From assembly GCA_046052125.1 (NCBI GenBank), contig JBJOMY010000002.1, forward strand, positions 64,001-128,000: 64,000 bases of DNA. Reading direction: 5' to 3'. Below the pieces are notes generated by a model. That model made no database searches. It was not told the origin of the DNA and worked only from the letters and a program-made list of their open reading frames with translations. Each line of letters opens with the position of its first letter. Positions within the stretch are counted from its first letter, which is position 1. The stretch is from Cyanobacteriota bacterium (GTDB taxonomy: Bacteria; Cyanobacteriota; Cyanobacteriia; PCC-6307; Cyanobiaceae). Shown here piece by piece: positions 29,463-39,728 of the stretch. The position numbers were made by a program, and so were the translations under genes.

Positions 29463-32102
29463 TCAGCCCAATGCCGACGCGAGGTCCGTGCGGGCCTGCT
29501 CCAGCGCCCCATCGAGTGCGGCCCCATCGCGGCCACCAGCCTGAGCCAGGTTGGGCCGGCCGCCGCCGCCGCCGCCGCAGGCCTTAGCGATGCCACCGAT
29601 GAACTTGCCAGCCTGCAGCCCCTTGGCGATCACGCCCTTCCCAAAGGCCGCCACCAGAATCACCTTGCCCAGATCAGCAGAATCGGGCAGGCCGCCGAGC
29701 ACCACGGCCGCGCCATCACCCAGCTGATCCGCCAAGCCTTGAGCGGCACTCTGCAGACCGCCGCCTTCCACGCCATCGAGGCGGGCCACCAGCAGCTGGT
29801 GCTCGCCAACGGCCACCGCTTGAGCCACCAACGCCGCTGATTTCGCCAGGGCCAGCTCCTCGCGCGCCGCGGCCAGAGCCTTCTGGCTGGCCTTGAGCTC
29901 ATCTGACAGCTGCCCCACCCGCTCAACGATCTCGGCGGGCTGGGCCTTGAAGCGCTCGCCCAGTTGCTTCACCACCGCATCGCGCTCGTTGAGATACGCC
30001 AGCACCGCCGGGCCGGCCACCGCTTCGATGCGGCGGATGCCGGCGGCCACGCCGCTCTCGCTCACGATCTTGAACAGTCCGATCTCAGCTGTGTTGGCCA
30101 CGTGGGTGCCGCCGCAGAGCTCCATCGACACGCCGGGTACATCCACCACCCGCACCACATCGGCGTACTTCTCGCCGAACATCGCCACGGCGCCAGCAGC
30201 CTTGGCCTTCTCGATCGCCATCTCCTGCACCTCGAGGCGGTGGGCCTCGCTGATCCAGCCGTTGATCAGGCTCTCGATCTGCTCGAGCTCAGCGGCGGAC
30301 ACAGCGCGGGGGCAGTGGAAGTCGAAACGCAAGCGATCGAAATCCACCAGCGAGCCGGCCTGGCCGATGCCTGGATCCACCACCTGCTTGAGGGCCGCCT
30401 GCAGCAGGTGCGTGGCGGTGTGGTTCGCCTGGGCGCGGCGACGGCAGGCGCGATCCACCTGGGCATTGAGCAGATCACCCACCGCCAGGCTGCCCCGCTC
30501 CATCCGACCGCTGTGCACGAACACGCTGCGGTTGCGGCTGACGCCCTCGATCGCCACGATCACACCATCACCGCTCAGCACGCCGCGGTCGCCGATCTGG
30601 CCGCCGCCCTCGCCGTAGAAGGGGGTCACATCGAGCACGAGCTGCACGCTGTCACCAGCCGTGGCACGCTCCGCTGGCTCACCGTTCACCACCAGGGCCA
30701 GCACGCAGCTGGGGTGTTCCAGGGCCTCGTAGCCCTTGAAGGCGGTGGCCTCGAGATCTGCCGCCATCTGCTCGATCGCGCCCTGCAGGGTGAGATCGAT
30801 GCTCACCGCCGCCGCCTTGGCACGCTGGCGCTGGGCCTCCATCGCCGCTTCGAAGCCTTCGAGGTCCACCGTGAGGCCGTGCTCCTCGGCGATCTCCTCG
30901 GTGAGCTCCAGCGGGAAGCCGTAGGTGTCGTAGAGCTCAAAGGCCTGCTCACCGGAGATTTGCTTCGGCTTGGCCGCCAGCACATCCGCCAACAACTTCT
31001 CGCCCCGCTCCAGGGTTTCCAGGAAGCGGGCCTCCTCGCGGGCCAGCTCCGCCAGGATCACCTCACGGCGCTCCAGCAGCTGCGGGTAGGCGGCCTGCAT
31101 CAGCGTGATCGACGCCTCTCCCATCGCCGTCAGGAACGGCTTGTCGATACCGAGGAGCCGTCCGTGGCGCACCACGCGGCGCAGCAAGCGGCGCAGGATA
31201 TAGCCGCGGCCAAGGTTGCTGGCGGTGACGCCATCGCAAATCAGCTGGGTGATGGCGCGGGAGTGATCGCCGATCACCTTGAGGCTGGTTTTGCCCTTCT
31301 CATCGAGGGCGCGGTAGTCCACGCCAGCCAGACCCGCCGCCGTTTCAATCAGCGGATAGATCAGGTCGGTTTCGTAGTTATTGGGCACCGCCTGCAGGAT
31401 CTGCGCCATGCGCTCAAGACCCATGCCGGTGTCGATGTTGCGGTTGGCCAGCGGCGTGAGGGTGCCCTCCGCGTCGCGGTTGTACTGCATGAACACCAAG
31501 TTGTAGAACTCGATGAAGCGCGAGTCGTCTTCAAGATCGATGCCGTCGTCGCCGAGTTCGGGCTTGAAGTCGTAATAGATCTCCGAGCAGGGGCCGCAAG
31601 GACCGGTAGGGCCGGACGCCCAGAAGTTGTCGGCCTCATCCATGCGGATGATCCGCTTGGGGTTCACCCCCACCACATCGCGCCAGATCGCCTCGGCTTC
31701 GCCGTCCTCGCGGAACACGCTCACCACGAGGTTCTTCGGGCTGAGGCCGAACACGCCGGTGCTCAACTCCCAGGCCCACTGAATCGCCTGCTCCTTGAAG
31801 TAGTCGCCGAAGGAGAAGTTGCCGAGCATCTCGAAGAACGTGTGATGCCGTGCCGTGCGGCCCACGTTTTCGATGTCGTTGGTGCGGATGCACTTCTGGG
31901 AGCTGGTGGCCCGGGGAGCCGGCCGCTGCTGCTGCCCCAGAAACACCGGCTTAAAGGGGAGCATGCCCGCGATGGTGAGCAGCACCGTGGGGTCTTCCGG
32001 CACCAGCGAGGCACTGGCCATCGGCTTGTGGCCGCGCTGCTCGTAGAAATCGAGGAAGGCTGCGCGGATCTCAGCACCAGTGCGATGAGTGGCGGCAGCC
32101 AT
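29463..32102 (-). CDS. alaS: Alanine--tRNA ligase
   Basis: [60 protein letters not shown]. Confidence 0.99.
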   Translation of the reverse strand: MAAATHRTGAEIRAAFLDFYEQRGHKPMASASLVPEDPTVLLTIAGMLPFKPVFLGQQQRPAPRATSSQKCIRTNDIENVGRTARHHTFFEMLGNFSFGDYFKEQAIQWAWELSTGVFGLSPKNLVVSVFREDGEAEAIWRDVVGVNPKRIIRMDEADNFWASGPTGPCGPCSEIYYDFKPELGDDGIDLEDDSRFIEFYNLVFMQYNRDAEGTLTPLANRNIDTGMGLERMAQILQAVPNNYETDLIYPLIETAAGLAGVDYRALDEKGKTSLKVIGDHSRAITQLICDGVTASNLGRGYILRRLLRRVVRHGRLLGIDKPFLTAMGEASITLMQAAYPQLLERREVILAELAREEARFLETLERGEKLLADVLAAKPKQISGEQAFELYDTYGFPLELTEEIAEEHGLTVDLEGFEAAMEAQRQRAKAAAVSIDLTLQGAIEQMAADLEATAFKGYEALEHPSCVLALVVNGEPAERATAGDSVQLVLDVTPFYGEGGGQIGDRGVLSGDGVIVAIEGVSRNRSVFVHSGRMERGSLAVGDLLNAQVDRACRRRAQANHTATHLLQAALKQVVDPGIGQAGSLVDFDRLRFDFHCPRAVSAAELEQIESLINGWISEAHRLEVQEMAIEKAKAAGAVAMFGEKYADVVRVVDVPGVSMELCGGTHVANTAEIGLFKIVSESGVAAGIRRIEAVAGPAVLAYLNERDAVVKQLGERFKAQPAEIVERVGQLSDELKASQKALAAAREELALAKSAALVAQAVAVGEHQLLVARLDGVEGGGLQSAAQGLADQLGDGAAVVLGGLPDSADLGKVILVAAFGKGVIAKGLQAGKFIGGIAKACGGGGGGRPNLAQAGGRDGAALDGALEQARTDLASALG

Positions 32103-32143
32103 GGCGAAGCAAGAAAAGCCTGAACCGGGCATGATCGCGCAGC

Positions 32144-32611
32144 ATGAGCGCCCCTTCCGCCTCCACCAGCAGCCGCGACGCCACCGCAACGGCGAGCCCA
32201 TCGCGGGCCCAGCTGCGGTTGCAGTCGATCGCCTGGGCGCTGGGGGCGGGGCTGAGCGCACTGCTGCTGGGGCTGCCCTTTGGTGTGGAAGCGGCGCTGC
32301 GGGCGGGGGGCTGCGGCTTCTTCTATGGCCTGCTCGCCTTTCACCTGCAGCGGGTCGACCCCGACGACAGCCACCTACAGGCGGGCTTGGTGGGGGCTGT
32401 GTGCGGCATTCACAGCCTGGCGTTACCGCCCCTCAGCCCCTGGCCGCTGCCCCAACCCTGGCTGCCGGCCTTGGCGCAGGTCGCGCCAACTGTGATGATG
32501 GAGCTCGTTCGTGCCTGGCTGCCGCTGATCGGCGCCGCACTGGTGCTGCACGGATCGCAGGTTCTGCCACGAGTTCTCGCGGCAGGGCATACCGCGATCC
32601 GGCGCTCCTGA
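32144..32611 (+). CDS. Hypothetical membrane protein
   Basis: Several hydrophobic segments; lies directly upstream of the SNF2 gene. Confidence 0.6.
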   Translation: MSAPSASTSSRDATATASPSRAQLRLQSIAWALGAGLSALLLGLPFGVEAALRAGGCGFFYGLLAFHLQRVDPDDSHLQAGLVGAVCGIHSLALPPLSPWPLPQPWLPALAQVAPTVMMELVRAWLPLIGAALVLHGSQVLPRVLAAGHTAIRRS

Positions 32612-32630
32612 GTCCTCAGGCCCCGCCTTC

Positions 32631-35600
32631 ATGAGCCTGCTGCATGCCACCTGGCTGCCCGTCGTTCCGCGGGGCAGCTTCGCCAAGGGCAAGGCCCCGA
32701 GTGCGGGCCTGTTCATCTGGGCGGATACCTGGCGTGTGGCCGATCCGGTGGTGCCCGAAGCCGAAGCACCCTTCCACCCCCTCAGCCTCAACCTCGACGA
32801 TCTGGCCACCTGGCTGGATGAGAACAACTTCTGGTCGGAAGACCTGCGCCAGGCCAGCGTCACCCTCACCCTGCCCAGCCGTCAGCAGCTGAGCCGCGGC
32901 CAGAAAAGCAGTGCCGGCGATGCCTGGAGCGGGCTGCCCCTGCAGGCCGGCGAACCCCTCCCCAAAGACCTCACCTGGTGGCCCTGGCAGCTGGAGGGCT
33001 GGTTCCTCAAACCCGGCCCCGCCGCCGAGTGGCTCAACCAGCTGCCCCTCTCCGGCACCGCCGCCGCGGGCCTGGGGGATGACCTGCTCTGGTGGTGCCA
33101 CCTGCAGCGCTGGTGCCTGAGCCTGATCGCCCGCGGCCGCTGGCTCCCCGATGCCGCTGAGGGCAAGGCCAGCTGGCTGCCGCTGCTCAACCGCGAAGAC
33201 GACCGCCGCCGCCTGGAAGACCTAGCCACCCGCATGCCCCAGGTGGTGGCGGCCTCCAGCGCCGACACCCATCTCGCCTGCGGCCGGCCCCGCTCCAACC
33301 GCCTGCTGGTGGCGAGCATCGTGGAAAAGCTGGTGGACGGCCAGCTGCGCGCCGCCTTCGCCCCCGGCGGCCCTGGGCTCGATCCGCTGCTGGCGGCCTG
33401 GCAGGAGGGGCTCGCCAGCCACGACGGCAAGCTCCAACTCGACGAGGAAGACCAGGAACGTCTGGCGATCGCCAGCCACCACTGGCGCGAAACCGTGGCC
33501 GGCAAGGTGGCGCCAGCGCGGGCCTGCCTGGAGCTATTCACTCCGCCGGAAGGCGAAGAGCTGTGGGAGCTGCGCTTCGGCCTGCAGGCCGAGGCCGACC
33601 CCAGCCTGCGAGTGCCGGCCGGAATCGTGTGGGGCGCCGGCGACGGCAACCTGGCCCTGGGCGAGATCCAGCTGGAGCAGCCCGGAGCGCTACTGCTGGA
33701 AGGCCTGGGCCGAGCCCTGTTGGCGTTTGAGCCGATCGAACGGGGCCTCGATGCCGCCACCCCGGAAGCCATGCAGCTCACGCCGGCGGAGGCGTTCGTG
33801 CTGGTGCGCACCGCCGCCAGCCGCCTGCGGGATGTGGGCGTGGGCGTGGTGCTGCCCGCCAGCCTCTCGGGCGGCCTGGCCTCGCGCCTGGGCCTGGCGA
33901 TCACCGCCGAGCTACCCGAAAAGTCGCGCGGCTTCACCCTCGGCGAAACGCTCGAGTGGCGCTGGGACTTCATGATCGGCGGCGTCACCCTCAACCTCAA
34001 GGATCTCGAGAAGCTGGCGGCCAAGCGCAGCCCGCTGGTGCAACACAAGGGGGCCTGGATCGAGCTGCGGCCCCTCGATCTCAAGAATGCCGAGAAGTTC
34101 TGCGCCGCCGAGCCACCCTTCAGCCTCGACGACGCCCTGCGCATCACCGGCAACGAAGGCGAAACCCTGCAACGCCTACCGGTCCATGCCTTCACCGCCG
34201 GCCCCCGCCTGCAGGCAGTGCTCGAGCAGTACCACCAGCAGAAAGCCCCCGATCCGCTGCCGGCGCCCCCCGGCTTCGCCGGCCAGCTGCGGCCCTATCA
34301 GGAGCGCGGCCTGGGCTGGCTGGCCTTCCTGCACCGTTTTGATCAGGGTGCCTGCCTGGCCGACGACATGGGCCTGGGCAAAACGATTCAGCTGCTCGCC
34401 TTCCTGCAGCACCTCAAGGCCGAGGAAGAGCTGAAGCGGCCGGTGCTGCTGGTGGCGCCCACCTCGGTGCTCACCAACTGGAAGCGCGAGGCAGCGGCCT
34501 TTACACCGGAGCTGGTGGTGAACGAGCACTACGGCCCGCGCCGCCCCAACAGCCCCGAAGCGATCAAGAAGGCGCTCAAAGGCGTGGACCTGGTGCTCAC
34601 CACCTATGGCCTGCTGCAGCGCGACAGCGAACTGCTGGAGGCGATCGACTGGCAGGGCGTGGTGATTGACGAGGCCCAGGCGATCAAGAACCACAACGCC
34701 AAGCAATCGATGGCGGCGCGGGATCTGGGCCGGCCCGGCCGGGGCAGCAAGAGCGGCCCCCGCTTCCGCATCGCCCTCACCGGCACACCGGTGGAAAACC
34801 GCGTCAGCGAGCTGTGGGCGCTGATGGATTTCCTCAACCCCAAGGTGCTCGGCGATGAGCCGTTCTTCCGTCAGCGCTATCGCCTACCGATCGAGCGCTA
34901 TGGCGACATGTCGTCGCTGCGGGATCTCAAGGGCCGCGTTAGCCCCTTCATCCTGCGCCGCCTCAAAACCGACAAATCGATCATTTCCGATCTGCCGGAG
35001 AAGGTGGAGCTGAGCGAGTGGGTGGGCCTCGCCCCCGAGCAGAAGAAGCTCTACAACAAAACCGTGGAGGAGAGCCTCGATGCGATCGCCCGGGCGCCGC
35101 TGGGGCAGAAGCACGGCCAGGTTCTGGCGCTGCTCACCCGCCTCAAGCAGATCTGCAATCACCCGGCCCTTGCGCTCAAGCAGGATCCCGACCCCAGCGA
35201 TGCCGGCTTCTTCAAGGAGTTCGCCGCCCGCAGCGCCAAGGTGCAGCGGCTCGAAGAAATCCTCGAAGAGGTGATCGAAGCGGGCGATCGGGCGCTGCTG
35301 TTCACCCAGTTCGCCGAATGGGGCCACCTGCTCAAGGCGCATCTGGAGCAGAAGTGGCGCCAGGAGGTGCCGTTCCTGTACGGCAACACCAGCAAGACCG
35401 AACGCCAGGCGATGGTGGATCGCTTCCAGGACGACCCCCGCGGACCGCAGCTGTTCCTGCTTTCCCTCAAAGCTGGCGGTGTTGGCCTCAACCTCACCCG
35501 TGCCAGCCACGTGTTCCATATCGATCGCTGGTGGAACCCCGCCGTGGAAAACCAAGCCACCGACCGCGCCTACCGGATCGGTCAGCAGAACCGGGTGATG

Positions 35601-35762
35601 GTGCACAAGTTCATCACCAGCGGCTCGGTGGAGGAGCGCATCGACCGGATGATCAAGGAGAAGTCGAAACTCGCCGAAGACATCGTGGGCTCCGGCGAAG
35701 ACTGGCTCGGCGGCATGGACGTGAGCCAGCTCAAGGACCTGGTGACCCTCAGCGAGGACTGA
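32631..35762 (+). CDS. SNF2-family helicase/ATPase
   Basis: LADDMGLGKT, DEAQ, ALTGTPVEN, SLKAGGVGLNL, QATDRAYRIGQ. Confidence 0.96.
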   Translation: MSLLHATWLPVVPRGSFAKGKAPSAGLFIWADTWRVADPVVPEAEAPFHPLSLNLDDLATWLDENNFWSEDLRQASVTLTLPSRQQLSRGQKSSAGDAWSGLPLQAGEPLPKDLTWWPWQLEGWFLKPGPAAEWLNQLPLSGTAAAGLGDDLLWWCHLQRWCLSLIARGRWLPDAAEGKASWLPLLNREDDRRRLEDLATRMPQVVAASSADTHLACGRPRSNRLLVASIVEKLVDGQLRAAFAPGGPGLDPLLAAWQEGLASHDGKLQLDEEDQERLAIASHHWRETVAGKVAPARACLELFTPPEGEELWELRFGLQAEADPSLRVPAGIVWGAGDGNLALGEIQLEQPGALLLEGLGRALLAFEPIERGLDAATPEAMQLTPAEAFVLVRTAASRLRDVGVGVVLPASLSGGLASRLGLAITAELPEKSRGFTLGETLEWRWDFMIGGVTLNLKDLEKLAAKRSPLVQHKGAWIELRPLDLKNAEKFCAAEPPFSLDDALRITGNEGETLQRLPVHAFTAGPRLQAVLEQYHQQKAPDPLPAPPGFAGQLRPYQERGLGWLAFLHRFDQGACLADDMGLGKTIQLLAFLQHLKAEEELKRPVLLVAPTSVLTNWKREAAAFTPELVVNEHYGPRRPNSPEAIKKALKGVDLVLTTYGLLQRDSELLEAIDWQGVVIDEAQAIKNHNAKQSMAARDLGRPGRGSKSGPRFRIALTGTPVENRVSELWALMDFLNPKVLGDEPFFRQRYRLPIERYGDMSSLRDLKGRVSPFILRRLKTDKSIISDLPEKVELSEWVGLAPEQKKLYNKTVEESLDAIARAPLGQKHGQVLALLTRLKQICNHPALALKQDPDPSDAGFFKEFAARSAKVQRLEEILEEVIEAGDRALLFTQFAEWGHLLKAHLEQKWRQEVPFLYGNTSKTERQAMVDRFQDDPRGPQLFLLSLKAGGVGLNLTRASHVFHIDRWWNPAVENQATDRAYRIGQQNRVMVHKFITSGSVEERIDRMIKEKSKLAEDIVGSGEDWLGGMDVSQLKDLVTLSED

Positions 35763-35766
35763 AGCC

Positions 35767-36705
35767 ATGACCATCACCCCCGGAAACGCCAACGGCATCA
35801 CCACCCAACTGGGCGATCAGGGCCTGGGCCAGCAGCCCTGGTGGGTGGAGCAGTGGATGGAGCTGATCAACGGCTACCGCTTCAAGAAACGGCTCGAGCG
35901 CGCCTGGGAGTACGCCCGCAGCGGCAACGTGCTCTCGATCCGCTTCGAGGGGCGCCGCGTGCACGCCCGCGTGCAGGGCAGCGGCGAAGACCCCTACAAG
36001 GTGAAGCTCTGGCTCGATGTGCTCAGCGACGACGACTGGGGCTACGTGCTCGAGGCCCTCGGCCAGAAGGCCCGTTGGTCGGCCCAGCTGCTGGCGGGGG
36101 TGATGCCGCAGGACATCGAACGCGCCTTCGCCGCCAGCGGCCGGCGCCTGTTCCCGTTCAAGTTGCAGGAGGTGCGCAGCGAATGCACCTGCCCCGACAA
36201 GATCAACCCCTGCAAACACGTGAGCGCCGTCTACTACCTGATGGGCGAGCGCTTCAGCGAAGACCCCTTCGTGCTCTTCCAGCTGCGCGGCCGCACCCGC
36301 GCTCAGCTGCTCAGCGATCTGGCCGTGAAGCGGCGGGCGCTGCTGGCGAAGAAAGCCAAAGAAGCGAAAGAGGCGGCTCCAGCCGATGCCCTCCCGCAGC
36401 CAGCCGCCGAAGGCTCCCTCAATCCCGCCCCCGCAGCCATCCGCGATCCCAACCGCTGGTGGAACTACGGCGCCGCCCTCGATCCGGGGCTCGTGGTGAT
36501 CACCCCCGCGATGGAGGGCGACACCGGCCTCGATGAAGCCGGCCCCCTGCCGTTGGCCGAAGACGGCCGCTTCCCGGAAGCCGGCAAGCTGTTTGTGGAG
36601 CAGCTCAAGGCCCATGGGGCCGCCTGCGGCACCCAGGCGATGGCCACCGCGATGGCCGCCGGCAGCAACAACGGCGAAGCGGAAACATCCCAGGCCTCCA
36701 ACTAA
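35767..36705 (+). CDS. SWIM zinc-finger protein
   Basis: CTCPD-x4-CKH motif; DPFVLFQLRG; adjacent to SNF2. Confidence 0.92.
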   Translation: MTITPGNANGITTQLGDQGLGQQPWWVEQWMELINGYRFKKRLERAWEYARSGNVLSIRFEGRRVHARVQGSGEDPYKVKLWLDVLSDDDWGYVLEALGQKARWSAQLLAGVMPQDIERAFAASGRRLFPFKLQEVRSECTCPDKINPCKHVSAVYYLMGERFSEDPFVLFQLRGRTRAQLLSDLAVKRRALLAKKAKEAKEAAPADALPQPAAEGSLNPAPAAIRDPNRWWNYGAALDPGLVVITPAMEGDTGLDEAGPLPLAEDGRFPEAGKLFVEQLKAHGAACGTQAMATAMAAGSNNGEAETSQASN

Positions 36706-36709
36706 CGCG

Positions 36710-37267
36710 ATGGGCGCCTTGATCGCCGGTTCACGCCGCAGACGGCTGCGGCGCCTCGCCGTTCAACAGGCACCCGCTGTTTGGCTCACCCCGGCCAAGC
36801 ACCATCTAGCTGCATGCATCGTGCGCTCCTTCGAGCAGGCCTTCGGGCGCCCGCTGCTGCCGCGGGGCAACGCTGAGCACCTGGCCCAGGAACTGTTCGC
36901 AAGCGACACCGTTGTGCTCGCCCACGACGGCAGCGCCGACCCGTGCTTGATCTACGCCAATGCCGCCGCGCTTCAGCTCTGGGAGCGCCCCTGGGCCGAC
37001 ATGATCGGCATGCCTTCGCGGCTCACGGCCGAACCACAGGAACGCGAAGGGCGTGCCCGGATGCTCGCCACTGCGCTGCAACAACACGCCAGCGAGGGCT
37101 ACAGCGGCGTGCGCATCAGCAAGAGCGGTCGCCGCTTCCAGATCCACAACGCCCGCCTCTGGACCCTCTGGGGGCCGGGCGATCAACCCTGCGGCCAGGC
37201 AGCAGCCTTCAGCAGCTGGTGGTGGCTCCAAAGCCCCCATTCGGCTCTTACGAAAACCCTGGTGTAG
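36710..37267 (+). CDS. Stand-alone MEKHLA (PAS-like) domain protein
   Basis: VVLAHDGSADPCLIYANAAALQLWE...GMPSRLTAE...YSGVRISKSGRRFQI...GQAAAF; start uncertain. Confidence 0.85.
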   Translation: MGALIAGSRRRRLRRLAVQQAPAVWLTPAKHHLAACIVRSFEQAFGRPLLPRGNAEHLAQELFASDTVVLAHDGSADPCLIYANAAALQLWERPWADMIGMPSRLTAEPQEREGRARMLATALQQHASEGYSGVRISKSGRRFQIHNARLWTLWGPGDQPCGQAAAFSSWWWLQSPHSALTKTLV

Positions 37268-37394
37268 CAACCGAACTGGAGGCGTGACGACCGTACGGAG
37301 CGGATCGGTTCTCACCCTTCTGGTGATCAAGCAAGCGGAGCACATTGGCGTTGCGGGTGATCACCCCGCACCCGCACATTCAGGAGCTATCGCC

Positions 37395-37847
37395 ATGCTC
37401 ACCCTTCGTCAATCTGCCTTTGATCGCGCCGGTTTTGATCGCATTGAATCCGATCTGTTCAAGCGCCTCGAGCAGCAACTCCACAGCGCCGAGCGAGTTC
37501 CGGCTGCAGAAGTTCGTGAAACCGAAACCGGTTACAGCATCAGCCTGGAGCTCCCCGGCGTCGCCCGCGACTCCATCGATGTGAAAGCCACGGATCGCAA
37601 CCTGGTGATCAGCGCCGAGCGCCGGGCTCCGCAACCCAGCGAAGCTGCATCGGCCACCGAATCCGAACAACCGCAGGCCGCCCCGCTGCTGAGCGAATTC
37701 CGCTACGGCACCTGGAGCCGCAGCTTCCGCTTCCCTGGCGGCATCGACCGTGAGGCCGTGCAGGCCGTCTATCGCGATGGTCTGCTCACGGTGAGCGTGC
37801 CCAAGGCCCAGACGCTCACCAGCGTGAGCGTGAAGGTGGAGGGCTGA
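37395..37847 (+). CDS. Hsp20/alpha-crystallin small heat-shock protein
   Basis: LELPGV, FRYGTWSRSF, AVYRDGLLTVSVPK; AGGAG RBS. Confidence 0.93.
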   Translation: MLTLRQSAFDRAGFDRIESDLFKRLEQQLHSAERVPAAEVRETETGYSISLELPGVARDSIDVKATDRNLVISAERRAPQPSEAASATESEQPQAAPLLSEFRYGTWSRSFRFPGGIDREAVQAVYRDGLLTVSVPKAQTLTSVSVKVEG

Positions 37848-37899
37848 AGCCAGCGGCTCGACGCCGCCCACCACGACCACACCAACGAGACGGGATCGA

Positions 37900-37927
37900 G
37901 CCCTGGCCTCACCGCCGGGGCTTTTTT
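37900..37927 (+). terminator. Intrinsic terminator after hsp20
   Basis: GCCCTGGC-ctcacc-GCCGGGGC-TTTTTT. Confidence 0.85.
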
Positions 37928-37985
37928 GTGAACCCCTGGCCCCAGCTGGCTTACCTACAGTTGCTCCCAATCGCGAGCGGATCCC

Positions 37986-39728
37986 ATGGCTGAGACAGCC
38001 GTTGCCAGCACACCGCGCCTGAGCCTGCAGTGCGAGGCAATAGCTGCCGACACCACCACGATCCGCTCGCTCGACTGGGACCGCAGCCGCTTCGACATTG
38101 AGTTCGGCCTGCGCAACGGCACCACCTACAACAGCTTTCTGGTGCGGGGTGAGCGCACCGCCCTGATCGACACCAGCCACCTCAAGTTCGAGAGCACCTG
38201 GCTGCCGCTGCTGCAGGAGCAGATCGATCCGAAGGCCATCGATCACCTGATCGTGAGCCACACCGAACCCGATCACTCCGGCCTGATCGGCCACCTGATC
38301 GATCTCAACCCCGAGATCGAGATCGTGGGCTCCAAAGTGGCGATCCAGTTTCTGGAAAACCAGGTGCACCGCCCCTTCAAGAGTCGGGCGGTGAAGAGCG
38401 GCGATGAGCTGGATCTGGGCACCAACCCTGAGAGCGGGGTGCAACACCGCTTCGAATTCCTCAGCGCTCCCAACCTGCACTGGCCCGACACAATCTTCTC
38501 GTTCGACCACGGCACCGGCATCCTCTACACCTGCGACGCCTTCGGCCTGCACTACTGCTCCGATGACGTGTTCGATGTGGATCCCGGCGCCATCGCTCCA
38601 GACTTCCGCTTCTATTACGACTGCCTGATGGGGCCCAACGCCCGCAGCGTGCTGCAGGCGATGAAGCGCATGGACGCGCTGCCGGCGATCAACACCGTGG
38701 CAGTGGGCCATGGGCCGCTGCTGCGCGAACACCTCAGCCTCTGGCTCTCCGACTACCGCGAGTGGAGTGAAGGCCGCAGCAAGGGCGAGGCCTACGCCGC
38801 CGTTTGCTACGTGAGCCAATACGGCTTCTGCGATCGCCTCAGCCAGGCGATCGCCCGCGGCATCGGCAAGGCGGAAGCCCAGGTGCAGCTGGTGGACCTG
38901 CGCGCCACCGATCCTCAGGAACTCAGCGCCCTGATCGGAGAAGCCAGCGCCGTGGTGGTGCCCACCTGGCCCGCCAACCCCGATGCCGACCTTCAGGCCT
39001 CAATCGGCACGCTGCTGGCAGCGTTGCAACCCAAGCAGTGGGTGGCCACCTACGACGCCTATGGCGGCAACGACGAACCGATCGACACCGTGGCCTCCCA
39101 GCTGCGGGGCCTGGGCCAGAAGGAAGCCTTCGAGCCACTGCGCATCCGCCAAGTGCCCGACGGCAACGACTACCAGCGCTGCGAAGAAGCCGGCACCGAC
39201 CTGGGCCAACTGCTCACCCGCGCCAAGACGATCGCGGCGATGAAGTCGCTTGATGGCGACCTCGACAAAGCCCTTGGCCGTCTCTCCGGCGGCCTCTATG
39301 TGGTGACCGCCCGGCAGGAGGAGCGAGCCTCGGCCATGGTGGCCAGCTGGGTGAGCCAGGCCAGCTTCGAACCGCCCGGCCTCACGGTGGCGGTGGCGAA
39401 AGACCGCGCCATCGAAGCGCTGATGCAGGTGGGTGATCGCTTTGTGCTCAACGTCCTGCGGGAAGACAACCACCAGGGCCTGCTGCGCCATTTCCTCAAG
39501 CGATTCCCGCCCGGTGCCGATCGCTTCGCCGGTGTGGCCACCCTCGAGGGCGTGGCAGCCGGCGGGCCAGTGCTGGGCGATGCCCTCGCCTACCTCGGCT
39601 GCCGGGTGCTGCAGCGCATGGAAGGGCCCGATCACTGGATCATCTACGCCGAAGTGGAGCAGGGCAACGTGGCCGACACCCAAGCCAGCACTGCAGTGCA
39701 TCACCGCAAAGTGGGGAACCACTACTGA
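37986..39728 (+). CDS. flv3: Flavodiiron protein (Flv3-type, canonical di-iron ligands)
   Basis: GTTYNSFL, SHTEPDHSG, LHWPDT, CDAFG; flavodoxin and flavin-reductase domains. Confidence 0.88.
   Translation: MAETAVASTPRLSLQCEAIAADTTTIRSLDWDRSRFDIEFGLRNGTTYNSFLVRGERTALIDTSHLKFESTWLPLLQEQIDPKAIDHLIVSHTEPDHSGLIGHLIDLNPEIEIVGSKVAIQFLENQVHRPFKSRAVKSGDELDLGTNPESGVQHRFEFLSAPNLHWPDTIFSFDHGTGILYTCDAFGLHYCSDDVFDVDPGAIAPDFRFYYDCLMGPNARSVLQAMKRMDALPAINTVAVGHGPLLREHLSLWLSDYREWSEGRSKGEAYAAVCYVSQYGFCDRLSQAIARGIGKAEAQVQLVDLRATDPQELSALIGEASAVVVPTWPANPDADLQASIGTLLAALQPKQWVATYDAYGGNDEPIDTVASQLRGLGQKEAFEPLRIRQVPDGNDYQRCEEAGTDLGQLLTRAKTIAAMKSLDGDLDKALGRLSGGLYVVTARQEERASAMVASWVSQASFEPPGLTVAVAKDRAIEALMQVGDRFVLNVLREDNHQGLLRHFLKRFPPGADRFAGVATLEGVAAGGPVLGDALAYLGCRVLQRMEGPDHWIIYAEVEQGNVADTQASTAVHHRKVGNHY

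Noticed and set aside
29964..32123. Long antisense ORFs (e.g. 719 aa opposite alaS; also opposite eno, speA, flv3 and ligA)
   Set aside because: Shadow ORFs from high GC and codon bias, fully overlapping well-supported genes and lacking motifs.
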